This document shows, piece after piece, positions 10,001-18,038 of a stretch of 64,000 nucleotides of DNA. The translations under genes were made by a program, and so were the position numbers. Numbering within the stretch: the first letter of the stretch is position 1; each line of letters begins with the position of its first letter. The notes under the pieces were generated by a model, which made no database searches, was not told the origin of the DNA, and worked only from the letters and a program-made list of their open reading frames with translations. This DNA comes from Gemmatimonadota bacterium (GTDB lineage: Bacteria > Gemmatimonadota > Gemmatimonadetes > Gemmatimonadales > GWC2-71-9), in NCBI GenBank assembly GCA_040388535.1, contig JAZKBR010000004.1:463699-527698 (forward strand). The letters run 5' to 3'.

Positions 10001-10058
10001 CGGACGTTTCGCTCTCGTCGGCCATCGCTACTCCGTGGTCGGGATGTCTGGTCGTCAT
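7008..10058 (-). CDS. actB: Alternative Complex III subunit ActB (fused molybdopterin-oxidoreductase-like and 4Fe-4S ferredoxin domains, Tat-exported)
   Basis: Tat motif DRRKFLKVLG. MopB-like N-terminal ~700 aa. C-terminal cysteine clusters CTGCSACVTAC, CQHCDNAPCEPVCP, CVGTRYCSNNCP and CAQACP. 1016 aa. Confidence 0.9.
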   Translation of the reverse strand: MTTRHPDHGVAMADESETSGVDRRKFLKVLGVTGAGAAALSGCSTDKVAKLVPYLVQSEQQVPGVATWYASTCTECSTGCGIAVKTREARPIKLEGLAEHPINAGTLCSRGQAGLQGLYNPDRLAGPLARNAAGGFDKISWNDAAARVAAKVGAASGKVAAINGYGPSTFSTLLTDFIGAAGGKVVYWEAFGRDAERKANEKTWGRSDLPVYDFASAKHIVSFGADFLETWGAVVEQQRGFAESHGFHDGTMAKHVYVGPRMSLTGANADEWMNVPAGSEVMVALAMAQVVAARKGGALAGSLAAYAPEQAAKATGLSAAQLTAMGEAFAAATPSLAVAGGVAAQHRGAIDLCHAVNLLNEAAGNVGKTVLFAAASAAPATASGYGDVAALFESMRGGQVQVLLVHEANPLYALPKSGKFAEAMAKVPFKISTASVLDETAAACDLILPNLHALERWDDLRPRAGVTGLLQPTVEPVFAAMHTGDLLLKAAQLAGGPFAGFNAPSFEEHLKREWQKSSPAGDFDTYWRESLGRGGLFGASPTTTVTMASSAATVSVTVPTFDGTGEFVFLPYPSSMYHDGRGTNKPWLLENPDPITKITWQSWVEVNPETAKKIDVREGEIVELTSPHGTIRAQVLVYPGIREDVLAMPLGLGHTEYGRYAKGRGVNAVDLLGAADGQGFLPYVSTKVSVKTTGDYRKVSKTEGNPRQLGRGIIEAMPLAYAAKGMTPEEAIKAEGHPAHEVNTEKEAEAIAGWYESQTERTKLGNYADPHPKWGMAVDLSRCTGCSACVTACYAENNIATVGEEAVLKGRELSWVRIERYWEGGENGEPLEARFAPVMCQHCDNAPCEPVCPVYASYHTPDGLNGQVYNRCVGTRYCSNNCPFKVRYFNWSRYSEFAWPEPLNLQLNPEVTVRARGVMEKCTFCVQRIRGAQNTAKLEDRDPTEKEVQPACAQACPSGALAFGNVKDPEAKVVKWKRDPRGYVMLEETNVRPAVTYLAKVLHREPAAAHAPAGEH

Positions 10059-10059
10059 A

Positions 10060-10635
10060 TCAGTAGTGGCAGACAGTGCAATCGCGCGAAACCTTCCGCT
10101 CGATGTGGCAGCTGATGCAGAAGCCCATGTTATTCACGTTGTTGACCTTGTAGACCTGCGGCATCCGCGAGACGTTGCCGTGACAGGTGGCACAGGCCGC
10201 GGGCCCGAGTGCCTTGATGTGACGCGCGTGCGGAAAGCGGACGTGGCGGGCGACGCTGTGGACGCGTACCCACTCCACCGGCTTCTTCGCGCTCCAGGCT
10301 TCCTTGAGCTTCTTGATCTCGGCCTTGTTGGCGTCGGTCTTTCCGGCGACCGCGATATGGCAGCCCATGCAGGTCTGCATGCTCGGAATGCCAGGCTCGG
10401 ACGAAACACCGACCGAGTAATGGCAGTACTGGCACTGCATCTTGAGCTGGCCAGTGTGGATGTCGTGACGGAAGAAGATCGGTTGCCGCGGACCCTTGAG
10501 GGAAGACGAATCGGCCGCACTGAGCGGTGCCGGGCCGGTGGCGGGTTTCTGTGCGACGCCGGGGAGGGCGGCAAAGGCCAGCAAGGCCGTTGCCATCGTC
10601 ACGACGCCGAGTCCGAGGACGAACCGCTTACTCAT
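10060..10635 (-). CDS. actA: Alternative Complex III subunit ActA (pentahaem cytochrome c, membrane-anchored)
   Basis: Five CXXCH motifs (CQYCH, CMGCH, CATCH, CISCH, CTVCH). N-terminal hydrophobic anchor MSKRFVLGLGVVTMATALLAFAAL. First gene of the operon. Confidence 0.85.
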   Translation of the reverse strand: MSKRFVLGLGVVTMATALLAFAALPGVAQKPATGPAPLSAADSSSLKGPRQPIFFRHDIHTGQLKMQCQYCHYSVGVSSEPGIPSMQTCMGCHIAVAGKTDANKAEIKKLKEAWSAKKPVEWVRVHSVARHVRFPHARHIKALGPAACATCHGNVSRMPQVYKVNNVNNMGFCISCHIERKVSRDCTVCHY

Positions 10636-10720
10636 ATCTGCTGACCGCCGAAGAGGATCCGAGACAGGGTTGCAACTCCTTGCCGGGCGCAAAGCTAGCC
10701 GAAGTCAGAGGTCCGTTCAA

Positions 10721-11554
10721 CTACGGGACGGATGGGTCGTCTTCCGGAGCGGGGTCCGCCGGGACCAGCTGGCCGCCCACTTTGCGCGGCAATGGGGGAA
10801 GCAGGCCCTTCCGCCGGAGAAAGTGGCCCACTTCGAGGCCGATCGCCCGGAAGAGGCCAGCCTCGCGAACGTCGAGGTCGGCGCGGAAAATGACCTCCCG
10901 GAAGCCCCGCATCACCAGATCCGCCTGTCGCTTCTTGAAGAACTCGATGGCGTGCATCGAGGCCTCCCAATCGGCAAAGAGCGCCTCGAGCTCGGCGTGA
11001 TTGGTGGGTCCGGCGGCGTGTCGCGGCCTCTTGAGGGGAATCTGGTCACCCCCACGGGCCACCCAGGTCTCGTAGGCCATCACCGCCCAGGCCTGCGCCA
11101 GGTTCAGTGAGGTGTACTCGGGGTTGGCGCTGATGGTCACCAGCTTGGCGCAGCGATCGAGTTCCTCGTTGCTGAGCCCGTGGTCCTCGCGCCCCGCGAG
11201 GATTCCCACTCGACCCTCGAGGCTCCGCTCCACCAGCTCCACCGCCGCCTCGCGGGGCCGCAGCGTGGCCCGCTTGGCGGTCCGCTCCCGACCGGTGAGC
11301 GCCAGCACGTAGCTGAGGTCGGCGAATGCCTCGTCGATGGTGGCGTGGATCGTCATCCGCTCGAGGACATCGGCGGTGTTGTGCGCCACCCCTTCGATAC
11401 GGTAGAGGTCGACCGGACACTCCGGCGCCACCAGCCGGATTTCGGTGACCCCGAAATTCTTGGCGACCCGGACACAGGAGGCGAGGTTCACGAGGTCCTG
11501 CACGGCCACCAGCACCAGCACGGGCGCCGGCGGCATGACCCGTTCCCTGGTCAT
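10721..11554 (-). CDS. SpoU/TrmH-family RNA 2'-O-methyltransferase (TrmJ/LasT-like)
   Basis: VAVQDLVNLASCVRVAKNFGV ... GILAGREDHGLSNEELDRC ... SLNLAQAWAVMAYE (SPOUT motifs). ATGA overlap with the upstream dehydrogenase gene. Confidence 0.75.
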   Translation of the reverse strand: MTRERVMPPAPVLVLVAVQDLVNLASCVRVAKNFGVTEIRLVAPECPVDLYRIEGVAHNTADVLERMTIHATIDEAFADLSYVLALTGRERTAKRATLRPREAAVELVERSLEGRVGILAGREDHGLSNEELDRCAKLVTISANPEYTSLNLAQAWAVMAYETWVARGGDQIPLKRPRHAAGPTNHAELEALFADWEASMHAIEFFKKRQADLVMRGFREVIFRADLDVREAGLFRAIGLEVGHFLRRKGLLPPLPRKVGGQLVPADPAPEDDPSVP

Positions 11555-12441
11555 GCGCGGAGTTCCACGCCCGCACGACGTTCGGCATTGCGGAAGGGGT
11601 CGAGATAGTCGGCGCTTTCGCCCAGTTCACTCCGCAGGACCCGGGCGCGCTCACGGGCGGTGCGAATCACCGGGTCGGGGATGCCGAGTTCCTGTGCCAG
11701 ATCATGGGCGATGCCGATGTCCTTCTCGAGCAGCGCGAGCCGGAAGAGCCGTGGAAAGCTGCCGCTGAGCACCCGCTCCGGCACGAGGACCTCACTGACG
11801 AATGACCGGCCGCTCGATGCATTGATCACGTCCAGCACCGCCGCCGGCGACAGACCCGCCTTGGCGAGGGTGACCATCCCCTCCGCGAGTGCCAGGATGT
11901 TGATGGCAAGGAGGGCGTTGTTGACCGCCTTGACGGCGTGCCCTGCCCCGACCGGGCCGAGGTGGATCACCTTGGCGGCGAAGGGAGCTACCACCTTCTC
12001 GGCCCGCGCAACGTCTGCCGGCGAGCCACCGCACATCACCGTGAGAGCGCCCTTGATCGCCATCGGCGGACCGCCGCTGAGCGGCGCATCGACAAAGCCA
12101 ATGCCGCGCTCGTGCAGCCGTGCGGCGATCAGCCGCGAAGTCGCCGGATCGCCCGACGTGCAGTCGACAACGAGGGCGCCGGCGGGGAGGGTCGCGAGCA
12201 GGCCATCGGGTCCGTCGAACAGGGTTGCGACGTCCGCCGAAGTCGGCAGGCAGGTCACGATGGCGTCGACGCCATCGGCAAGTTCTCGCAGAGTATGGGC
12301 CTGATTCGCGAGCGGGTGAGCCGCAACGAATTCGGCCGCACGGGCCTCCGTCCGGTTCCAGACCTTTACTTCGTAGACCTCAGCCAGTCGTGCAGCCATC
12401 GGGACTCCGATGGCGCCGAGGCCGGCAAAGCCGATCCGCAT
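11551..12441 (-). CDS. NAD(P)-dependent 3-hydroxyisobutyrate/6-phosphogluconate dehydrogenase-family oxidoreductase
   Basis: N-terminal Rossmann motif MRIGFAGLGAIGVPMA. Family-typical GPVGAGHAVKAVNN and a C-terminal all-helical domain. Confidence 0.8.
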   Translation of the reverse strand: MRIGFAGLGAIGVPMAARLAEVYEVKVWNRTEARAAEFVAAHPLANQAHTLRELADGVDAIVTCLPTSADVATLFDGPDGLLATLPAGALVVDCTSGDPATSRLIAARLHERGIGFVDAPLSGGPPMAIKGALTVMCGGSPADVARAEKVVAPFAAKVIHLGPVGAGHAVKAVNNALLAINILALAEGMVTLAKAGLSPAAVLDVINASSGRSFVSEVLVPERVLSGSFPRLFRLALLEKDIGIAHDLAQELGIPDPVIRTARERARVLRSELGESADYLDPFRNAERRAGVELRA

Positions 12442-12479
12442 CCGGGCTCCGGGTGTGTGAGACGCTAGAATGTACGGCC

Positions 12480-13673
12480 ATGGCTACCCGAATCCTGCAC
12501 CTCGATCTCGATGCCTTCTTCGTGGAGGTCTGCCGGCAGCAGCAGCCCGAGCTGCGCGAGATCGAACTGCTGGTCGTGGGTGGCAAGCGCGAGTCTCGCG
12601 GGGTGGTGCAATCGGCGAGCTACGGCGCGCGGAAATTCGGGGTCCGCTCGGGAATGCCGATCGGCCAGGCCGTGCGGCTCTGCCCCGATGCCACTTTCGT
12701 GCGTGGTGAATTCGCTGACTACCGTGACGCATCGCGACGCGTCAGGGGCGTGCTCGAAGCGCATGCGCCACTGGTGGTGATGACGGGACTCGATGAAGGG
12801 TATCTCGACTTCAGCGGCACCGACCTGTTGCATCCGGTGTCCTTGCTGGCCACGGCCACCACCATCCGGAATGCGGTGCACGCCGCCACCGGACTCGATT
12901 GCTCCATCGGCATCGGTCCGAATCGGATGATTGCGAAGATCGCGAGCGACTACGCCAAACCGCGCGGCGTCTGCGAAGTGCGCGAAGGATGGGAGCGCGA
13001 CTTTCTCGCCGGCCTCGCGCTGTCGGCACTCCCCGGCATCGGTCCGAAGACGGCACAACGCCTTCGCGATCTGGGGCTTGAGAATGTGGCTGAGGTGCAG
13101 GCGATGTCACTCGACGAACTCGCTAGCGTGCTTGGGCGCGACGAAGCAGCTGCCCTGGCTCGCCGCGCGTCGGGCAAAGGGAGCGTCACGCTGCGACCCC
13201 ACGGGCCCGCCAAGTCTGTGAGTCGTGAAACGACGTTCGGTCGCGACCTCACTGATGTGACGGAACTCGACCGGGTGCTGTTGCTCCTCACGGCGCGAAT
13301 GGCGGGTCAGCTGCGCGATGAGGGGCTGGTGGCAGGGGCTGTCGTCCTGAAGCTGCGCCATGGCGATTTCGTGACCGTGACCCGACGGAAGACGCTCACG
13401 ACACCGACTGCGTTCGATCACGAATTGCTGACCGTCGCGCGTGACCTGCTGCGCCCCGCCTTTGCTGCGGCACGGAGCCGCCGGCAGGGGATCCGGTTGC
13501 TCGGGGTCGCGGCGACCTCGCTGCTGCCGGTCGAGGCGCCGGATCTCTTCGAATCGGCCGACCGGGGGCGCCAGCGGGAGGTGGTCCGCGCGATGGATTC
13601 GGTTCGGGCGAAGTTCGGCTTTGACGCCCTCCGGAGCGGTCGGCTCGTCCGGCCGCCAAAGCCGGTGGATTAG
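12480..13673 (+). CDS. dinB: DNA polymerase IV (Y-family)
   Basis: MATRILHLDLDAFFVEV ... SYGARKFGVRSGMP ... SIGIGPNRMIAKIASD ... LPGIGPKT. Start taken at an in-frame ATG within the longer ORF 12120-13673. Confidence 0.9.
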   Translation: MATRILHLDLDAFFVEVCRQQQPELREIELLVVGGKRESRGVVQSASYGARKFGVRSGMPIGQAVRLCPDATFVRGEFADYRDASRRVRGVLEAHAPLVVMTGLDEGYLDFSGTDLLHPVSLLATATTIRNAVHAATGLDCSIGIGPNRMIAKIASDYAKPRGVCEVREGWERDFLAGLALSALPGIGPKTAQRLRDLGLENVAEVQAMSLDELASVLGRDEAAALARRASGKGSVTLRPHGPAKSVSRETTFGRDLTDVTELDRVLLLLTARMAGQLRDEGLVAGAVVLKLRHGDFVTVTRRKTLTTPTAFDHELLTVARDLLRPAFAAARSRRQGIRLLGVAATSLLPVEAPDLFESADRGRQREVVRAMDSVRAKFGFDALRSGRLVRPPKPVD

Positions 13674-13704
13674 CTTTGCTGTAAGACTTTACGTGGAGCA
13701 GGCG

Positions 13705-14100
13705 ATGGCAACAGCAGAAGGTCGGACGATCCCGTTCGTGGGACCCGAGGCAATCGACACTACGGTACTGGAAACTTTCCCGTATGAGGGCCCCGATCAG
13801 GAGATCGTGACCAGCACCGGAGAGTTCAGCGCCGTCTGTCCATTCAGCGGCCTTCCCGATATTGCCGTACTGACGCTACGCTACGTGCCCGGCGATTGCT
13901 GCATCGAACTGAAGAGCCTCAAGTACTATGTGATGAGTTATCGAAACGTCGGCATCTTCCAGGAACACGCGACGGCCCGACTCGCGCAGGACCTGCAACA
14001 GGTGCTCCGCGCCAAGACGCTCACGGTCACTACGCGCTACAATGTCCGTGGCGGTTTCGAGACCACCTGCAGCGTCACGTTGCCGGGCAAGCCACTGTAG
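13705..14100 (+). CDS. queF: NADPH-dependent 7-cyano-7-deazaguanine (preQ0) reductase, type I
   Basis: 131 aa. Catalytic Cys context FSAVCPFSGLPD. QueF motif IELKSLKYYVMSYR. Confidence 0.85.
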   Translation: MATAEGRTIPFVGPEAIDTTVLETFPYEGPDQEIVTSTGEFSAVCPFSGLPDIAVLTLRYVPGDCCIELKSLKYYVMSYRNVGIFQEHATARLAQDLQQVLRAKTLTVTTRYNVRGGFETTCSVTLPGKPL

Positions 14101-14205
14101 GACCACCACGAGGCACCCCCGATCGCCTTCTCCGCCGAGTCCGTCGCACTTCAGGAACTCCTGCTCGGTCGCTTTTCGCTGGAACGCGAGCTGGGGCGCG
14201 GCGGG

Positions 14206-16053
14206 ATGGGCACGGTCTACCTCGCTCGTGATGTCCGGCTCGACCGGCCGGTGGCGCTGAAGGTTCTCCATCGCGAACTCGCCGGACAGCTCGACTCGCG
14301 CGCCCGCTTCCTGCGCGAGGCTCGCACCGCCGCCAGACTCGCCCACCCCCACATCGTCCCGATCTTCGCGGTTGAGGAACACCCCGACTGCGTGGTCATC
14401 GTGATGGCCTACGTCGATGGTGAGACACTCGGCGAGCGACTGCGGCGGCGTGGCACGCTCCCTCCTGATGATGCCGAACGGATGCTCCGCGAAACGGCCT
14501 GGGCACTGGGGTATGCCCACGCACACGGGGTCATTCACCGCGATCTCACGCCGGCCAACATCCTGCTCGAACGGGGAACTGGTCGGGCCGTGCTCGCCGA
14601 CTTCGGCATTGCCACCCGGCGCGACGATCTGGAGCAGGGACCGGTCTTCGGCACCCCGGGGTATCTCGCACCGGAAACCATTCGCGGCGACCCGGCGACG
14701 ATGGCCTCCGACCTCTATGCCCTCGGTGCGGTGGGCTACCTGGCCCTTGCGGGCACGCCGCCGCTCGAAGCCGAGTCACCGGCCCAGCTGCTGGCGCGGC
14801 ACCTGGTACAGCCGCATCGGCCGCTGGCCCCCAAGGCGCGCGGAGCATCGCGGCGAATGATCGACGCGGTGGAACGGTGCCTCGCAAAGGACCCGGATGC
14901 GCGGCCCGCCGATACCGCCGCGTTCCTGACGCTGCTCGAGCGACCACCCGAACCGGTGGCGATCGCGCCGGCACTGCGAAGCTGGTTCACGCGATGGGAT
15001 CGCATCCGTTCGATCTACGCGCTGGCAACGCCGCTGCTCGCGATGCAGACCTGGCTGCTGATCCAGAGCGCGTTCGAAGAAGGCAAGCGCGAGCTGCTGA
15101 CGGTCGCCCTCATCACCACCGCCCTCTCCCTCACGGCGATCCCGATCATCACCCACCTGCTGTTCGAGGCCGCCGAGCTGCGGCGGTTGCGGCGCGTCGG
15201 CTTCGGCATCGATGACATTCGCTCGGCGCTGCCACACTGGCGCGCGGAGATGGTGCGCGAGCGCCGGCGGGAAGGGCTGGCGCCGTTGGGCGGTCGAGTC
15301 ATCTGGGACCTCACGGTGATCGGTGCCCTGACGCTCATTGTGTCGCTTGGAGTGATCTGGCCCAACCTCGAGACGTGGAATGTTGCCGACGTCAGCATTG
15401 TCCGCGATGCGATGGTGTGGATGCTCTCCGGAGTCTACTTCGGCACGCTCACCGGCGTCGGCATCGGCTTCCTCCTGCCCGGTCACCGACCGAAGCCGGA
15501 TGGCTGGATCAACGCCATGAAGGAAGCGTTCTGGCGGTCGCGCGTTGCCGGAACTCTGGCGCGTCTCTCGGCAGCGGGACAGCGCGCCGTCATCGCCGCG
15601 TCGTCGACGCTGCACCGCAATACCGAACTCGTACTCGGGCTCGCCGTCGATGATCTCTGGAAGGTCATCCCGCCCGCGACGCGCACCGAGCTGGGCGATG
15701 TTCCCTCGCTCGCGCATGCCCTGCAAGGGAGCGCGACCGAACTGCGCGACCTGATTGATCGGCTGCGCGAGAGTGAGCGCGAACTGTCGACCGATTCGTT
15801 CGAGTTCACCCAGATCAGCGAAGCGCTGGTCCCGCTCGAGGCGCGCCACCGCGAGACGGTGGCATCGCTTGAGCGCATCCGGCTGCAGCTGCTGCGGTTG
15901 CTGGCGACGCGCGAGCATACCGCGGAGCTGACCCAGCAACTCGAGGCCGCCCGATTGCTCGAATCGGCGCTGCTTTGTGAGGTCGGCGGCCACGCCGAAT
16001 TGCGGAAGCTGCTTGGCCGCACCCGCCGGCCCGGCGCGGGCACCCCGACGTGA
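14206..16053 (+). CDS. Membrane-spanning Hanks-type Ser/Thr protein kinase, paralogue 1 (true start probably upstream and non-canonical)
   Basis: VALKVL, HRDLTPANILL, ADFGIA and GYLAPE motifs, then ~5 TM helices and a coiled-coil-like C-terminus. The first ATG lies inside the Gly-loop (LGRGGMGTVY). The frame is open back to 14101. Confidence 0.8.
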   Translation: MGTVYLARDVRLDRPVALKVLHRELAGQLDSRARFLREARTAARLAHPHIVPIFAVEEHPDCVVIVMAYVDGETLGERLRRRGTLPPDDAERMLRETAWALGYAHAHGVIHRDLTPANILLERGTGRAVLADFGIATRRDDLEQGPVFGTPGYLAPETIRGDPATMASDLYALGAVGYLALAGTPPLEAESPAQLLARHLVQPHRPLAPKARGASRRMIDAVERCLAKDPDARPADTAAFLTLLERPPEPVAIAPALRSWFTRWDRIRSIYALATPLLAMQTWLLIQSAFEEGKRELLTVALITTALSLTAIPIITHLLFEAAELRRLRRVGFGIDDIRSALPHWRAEMVRERRREGLAPLGGRVIWDLTVIGALTLIVSLGVIWPNLETWNVADVSIVRDAMVWMLSGVYFGTLTGVGIGFLLPGHRPKPDGWINAMKEAFWRSRVAGTLARLSAAGQRAVIAASSTLHRNTELVLGLAVDDLWKVIPPATRTELGDVPSLAHALQGSATELRDLIDRLRESERELSTDSFEFTQISEALVPLEARHRETVASLERIRLQLLRLLATREHTAELTQQLEAARLLESALLCEVGGHAELRKLLGRTRRPGAGTPT

Positions 16054-17966
16054 CCGACACTCCGCCGGGCGCGACGCTCGAAGCAGTACAGGATGCCTTT
16101 GCCGGTGCCTGGTCGCTCGAGCGCGTACTCGGGATCGGTGGCATGGGAACGGTCTTTCTCGCCCGCGACGTTTCGCTCGACCGACCGGTGGCGATGAAGG
16201 TGCTCCACCCCGCCCTCGCGGCACGCGACGAGCAGCGTGAACGCTTCCTGCGCGAGGCTCGCACCGGCGCGCGACTCTCGCATCCGCATATCGTTCCGAT
16301 CTTTGCCGTCGACGAACTCGGTGGCTTCGTCTTCTTCGTGATGGGACTCGTTGACGGCGAATCGCTGGGCAGCCGCCTCCGACGTGAAGGCCCGGTGCCT
16401 GGTGCAGACGCCGAACGGATCCTCCACGAAGTGGGGTGGGGCCTGGCCTATGCACACGCGATGGGAATCGTGCACCGCGATGTCACGCTCGACAACATCC
16501 TGCTCGAGCGGAGCACCGGTCGCGCGCTGCTCGCTGATTTCGGCATCGCCGCCGAGGTCGATCGCGCCGATCACGGCCCGCTGCTCGGAACACCGGCCTA
16601 CCTCGCCCCCGAATTGATTCGCGGCGAAAGCGCCGGACCGGCAAGCGACATCTATGCACTCGGCATCACTGCGTGGACGATACTGGCCGGGCGCTTTCCG
16701 TTCGATGGCGACGATACCGCCGCCGTCCTGTTGCAGCACGTCACCGCCCCGCTGCCATCGCTCGCCAGCGCCGCACCGGCCACATCGCCTCGAGTCGTTC
16801 GCGCGATCGAACGCTGCCTCGAACGTGATCCGCTCGCGCGACCCGAGAGCGTCGAGGCACTTCTGGCGCTGCTGCAACGCCCTGGCACTGGTGCCACCCT
16901 CGCGGCCCCGATGCAGCGATGGATCGTGCGGGGCGCACGGATTCGGCCGGCGTGGGCTTTCGCGGCTCCGCTGGTTGGCATGCTTTCGATCTCGGCATTT
17001 ACAGCCGCGATGATGACCCTGGATCCGTTCGACCTCCTCGGCACGCTTCTCCGGAGCGCACTCCTCGTCCTGATCCCGACGCTGCTGTTGCAGGCGATCT
17101 TCGAGTGGCGCGAACTTCGACTCGCCCTGCGTGCGGGCTACGGGCTCGAGGATCTGCGCCTCGCGCTCCAGCGCCACGCTGCCGAACGCGAAATCGAAGT
17201 CGCGCCGCTGCTGGGACGGGTGATGCACGACGTGGCCTGGCTCTCGGTGGGCGCCATCCTGCTGATGACGCAGGCAATCCGGTACGGTCCGCTGCTGGTC
17301 CGCGACTGGGAATCCTTCGTGCCGTTCGTGAAGGCCGTCGTCGATCTCGCTCGCTGGTGCTGGATGCTGCTCTGGACCGGCGTCGGCGCCGCCTTCGTCA
17401 TCCGGATGCGCCGCTCGCTTCCGCGTCGCAACGCGACCCTGACGGAGCGATTCTGGGGCTCGCGACTCGGGGCGCTCGCCGCGCGCCTCGCCGGGATTGG
17501 CCTCCGCAATGCCGTGCCACCCGAGACGACCCTGCATCGACCGACCGAACTGGTGCTCGATCTCGCCATCGAAGAGTTGTGGGCCGCGCTGCCCGAATCG
17601 AGCCGCGTCTCGCTCGACGACCTCCCGACGCTTGCGACCGCCCTGCGGCATCGGATCGCCGAAATGAAGGCACTGCGGCGACACCTGTCCGACCCGGCCC
17701 TGCCGCAGTCGCCGGGTCATCTGTTGCTGGAACGCCAGCTGGGCGAACGGGAAGCCGCCGCCATCACCGCGCTCGAGGGGCTGCGCCTGCAGCTCGCGCG
17801 ACTCACGCTCGATGTCGCCTCGGCCGGCGAGTTCACCGGACAACTTGCCGACGTGCGGACGCTCGAGATGGAATTGCTGGAGGAACTGGGCGGCCACGGC
17901 GCACTCCGTCGGGTGCTGCGGAGCGAGCGACCGCGCGAAGGGACCCCAGTGACGACTCCTGGCTGA
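16050..17966 (+). CDS. Membrane-spanning Hanks-type Ser/Thr protein kinase, paralogue 2
   Basis: LGIGGMGTVFLARD, VAMKVL, HRDVTLDNILL, ADFGIA, AYLAPE. Same TM and coiled-coil C-terminal architecture as paralogue 1. Its GTG start overlaps the paralogue-1 stop (GTGA). Confidence 0.85.
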   Translation: MTDTPPGATLEAVQDAFAGAWSLERVLGIGGMGTVFLARDVSLDRPVAMKVLHPALAARDEQRERFLREARTGARLSHPHIVPIFAVDELGGFVFFVMGLVDGESLGSRLRREGPVPGADAERILHEVGWGLAYAHAMGIVHRDVTLDNILLERSTGRALLADFGIAAEVDRADHGPLLGTPAYLAPELIRGESAGPASDIYALGITAWTILAGRFPFDGDDTAAVLLQHVTAPLPSLASAAPATSPRVVRAIERCLERDPLARPESVEALLALLQRPGTGATLAAPMQRWIVRGARIRPAWAFAAPLVGMLSISAFTAAMMTLDPFDLLGTLLRSALLVLIPTLLLQAIFEWRELRLALRAGYGLEDLRLALQRHAAEREIEVAPLLGRVMHDVAWLSVGAILLMTQAIRYGPLLVRDWESFVPFVKAVVDLARWCWMLLWTGVGAAFVIRMRRSLPRRNATLTERFWGSRLGALAARLAGIGLRNAVPPETTLHRPTELVLDLAIEELWAALPESSRVSLDDLPTLATALRHRIAEMKALRRHLSDPALPQSPGHLLLERQLGEREAAAITALEGLRLQLARLTLDVASAGEFTGQLADVRTLEMELLEELGGHGALRRVLRSERPREGTPVTTPG

Positions 17967-18002
17967 TGCGATCGGTTGCCAGGGTAGCGTAGCTGGCGGT
18001 AA

Positions 18003-18018
18003 CTTGCTGACCAGCAAG
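18003..18018. promoter_or_regulatory. Candidate TetR operator (inverted repeat CTTGCT-N4-AGCAAG)
   Basis: 6-bp perfect inverted repeat about 20 nt upstream of the TetR gene start at 18039. Confidence 0.3.
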
Positions 18019-18038
18019 CAAGCTATCGGAGGGCCCCT

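Noticed and set aside
7008-10058. ActB as a genuine molybdoenzyme (e.g. a polysulfide, tetrathionate or nitrate reductase catalytic subunit)
   Set aside because: The gene context (pentahaem ActA upstream; two NrfD-type subunits, ActD and ActE downstream) and the fused Fe-S domain are diagnostic of Alternative Complex III. In ACIII the MopB-like domain is not known to carry a Mo cofactor.
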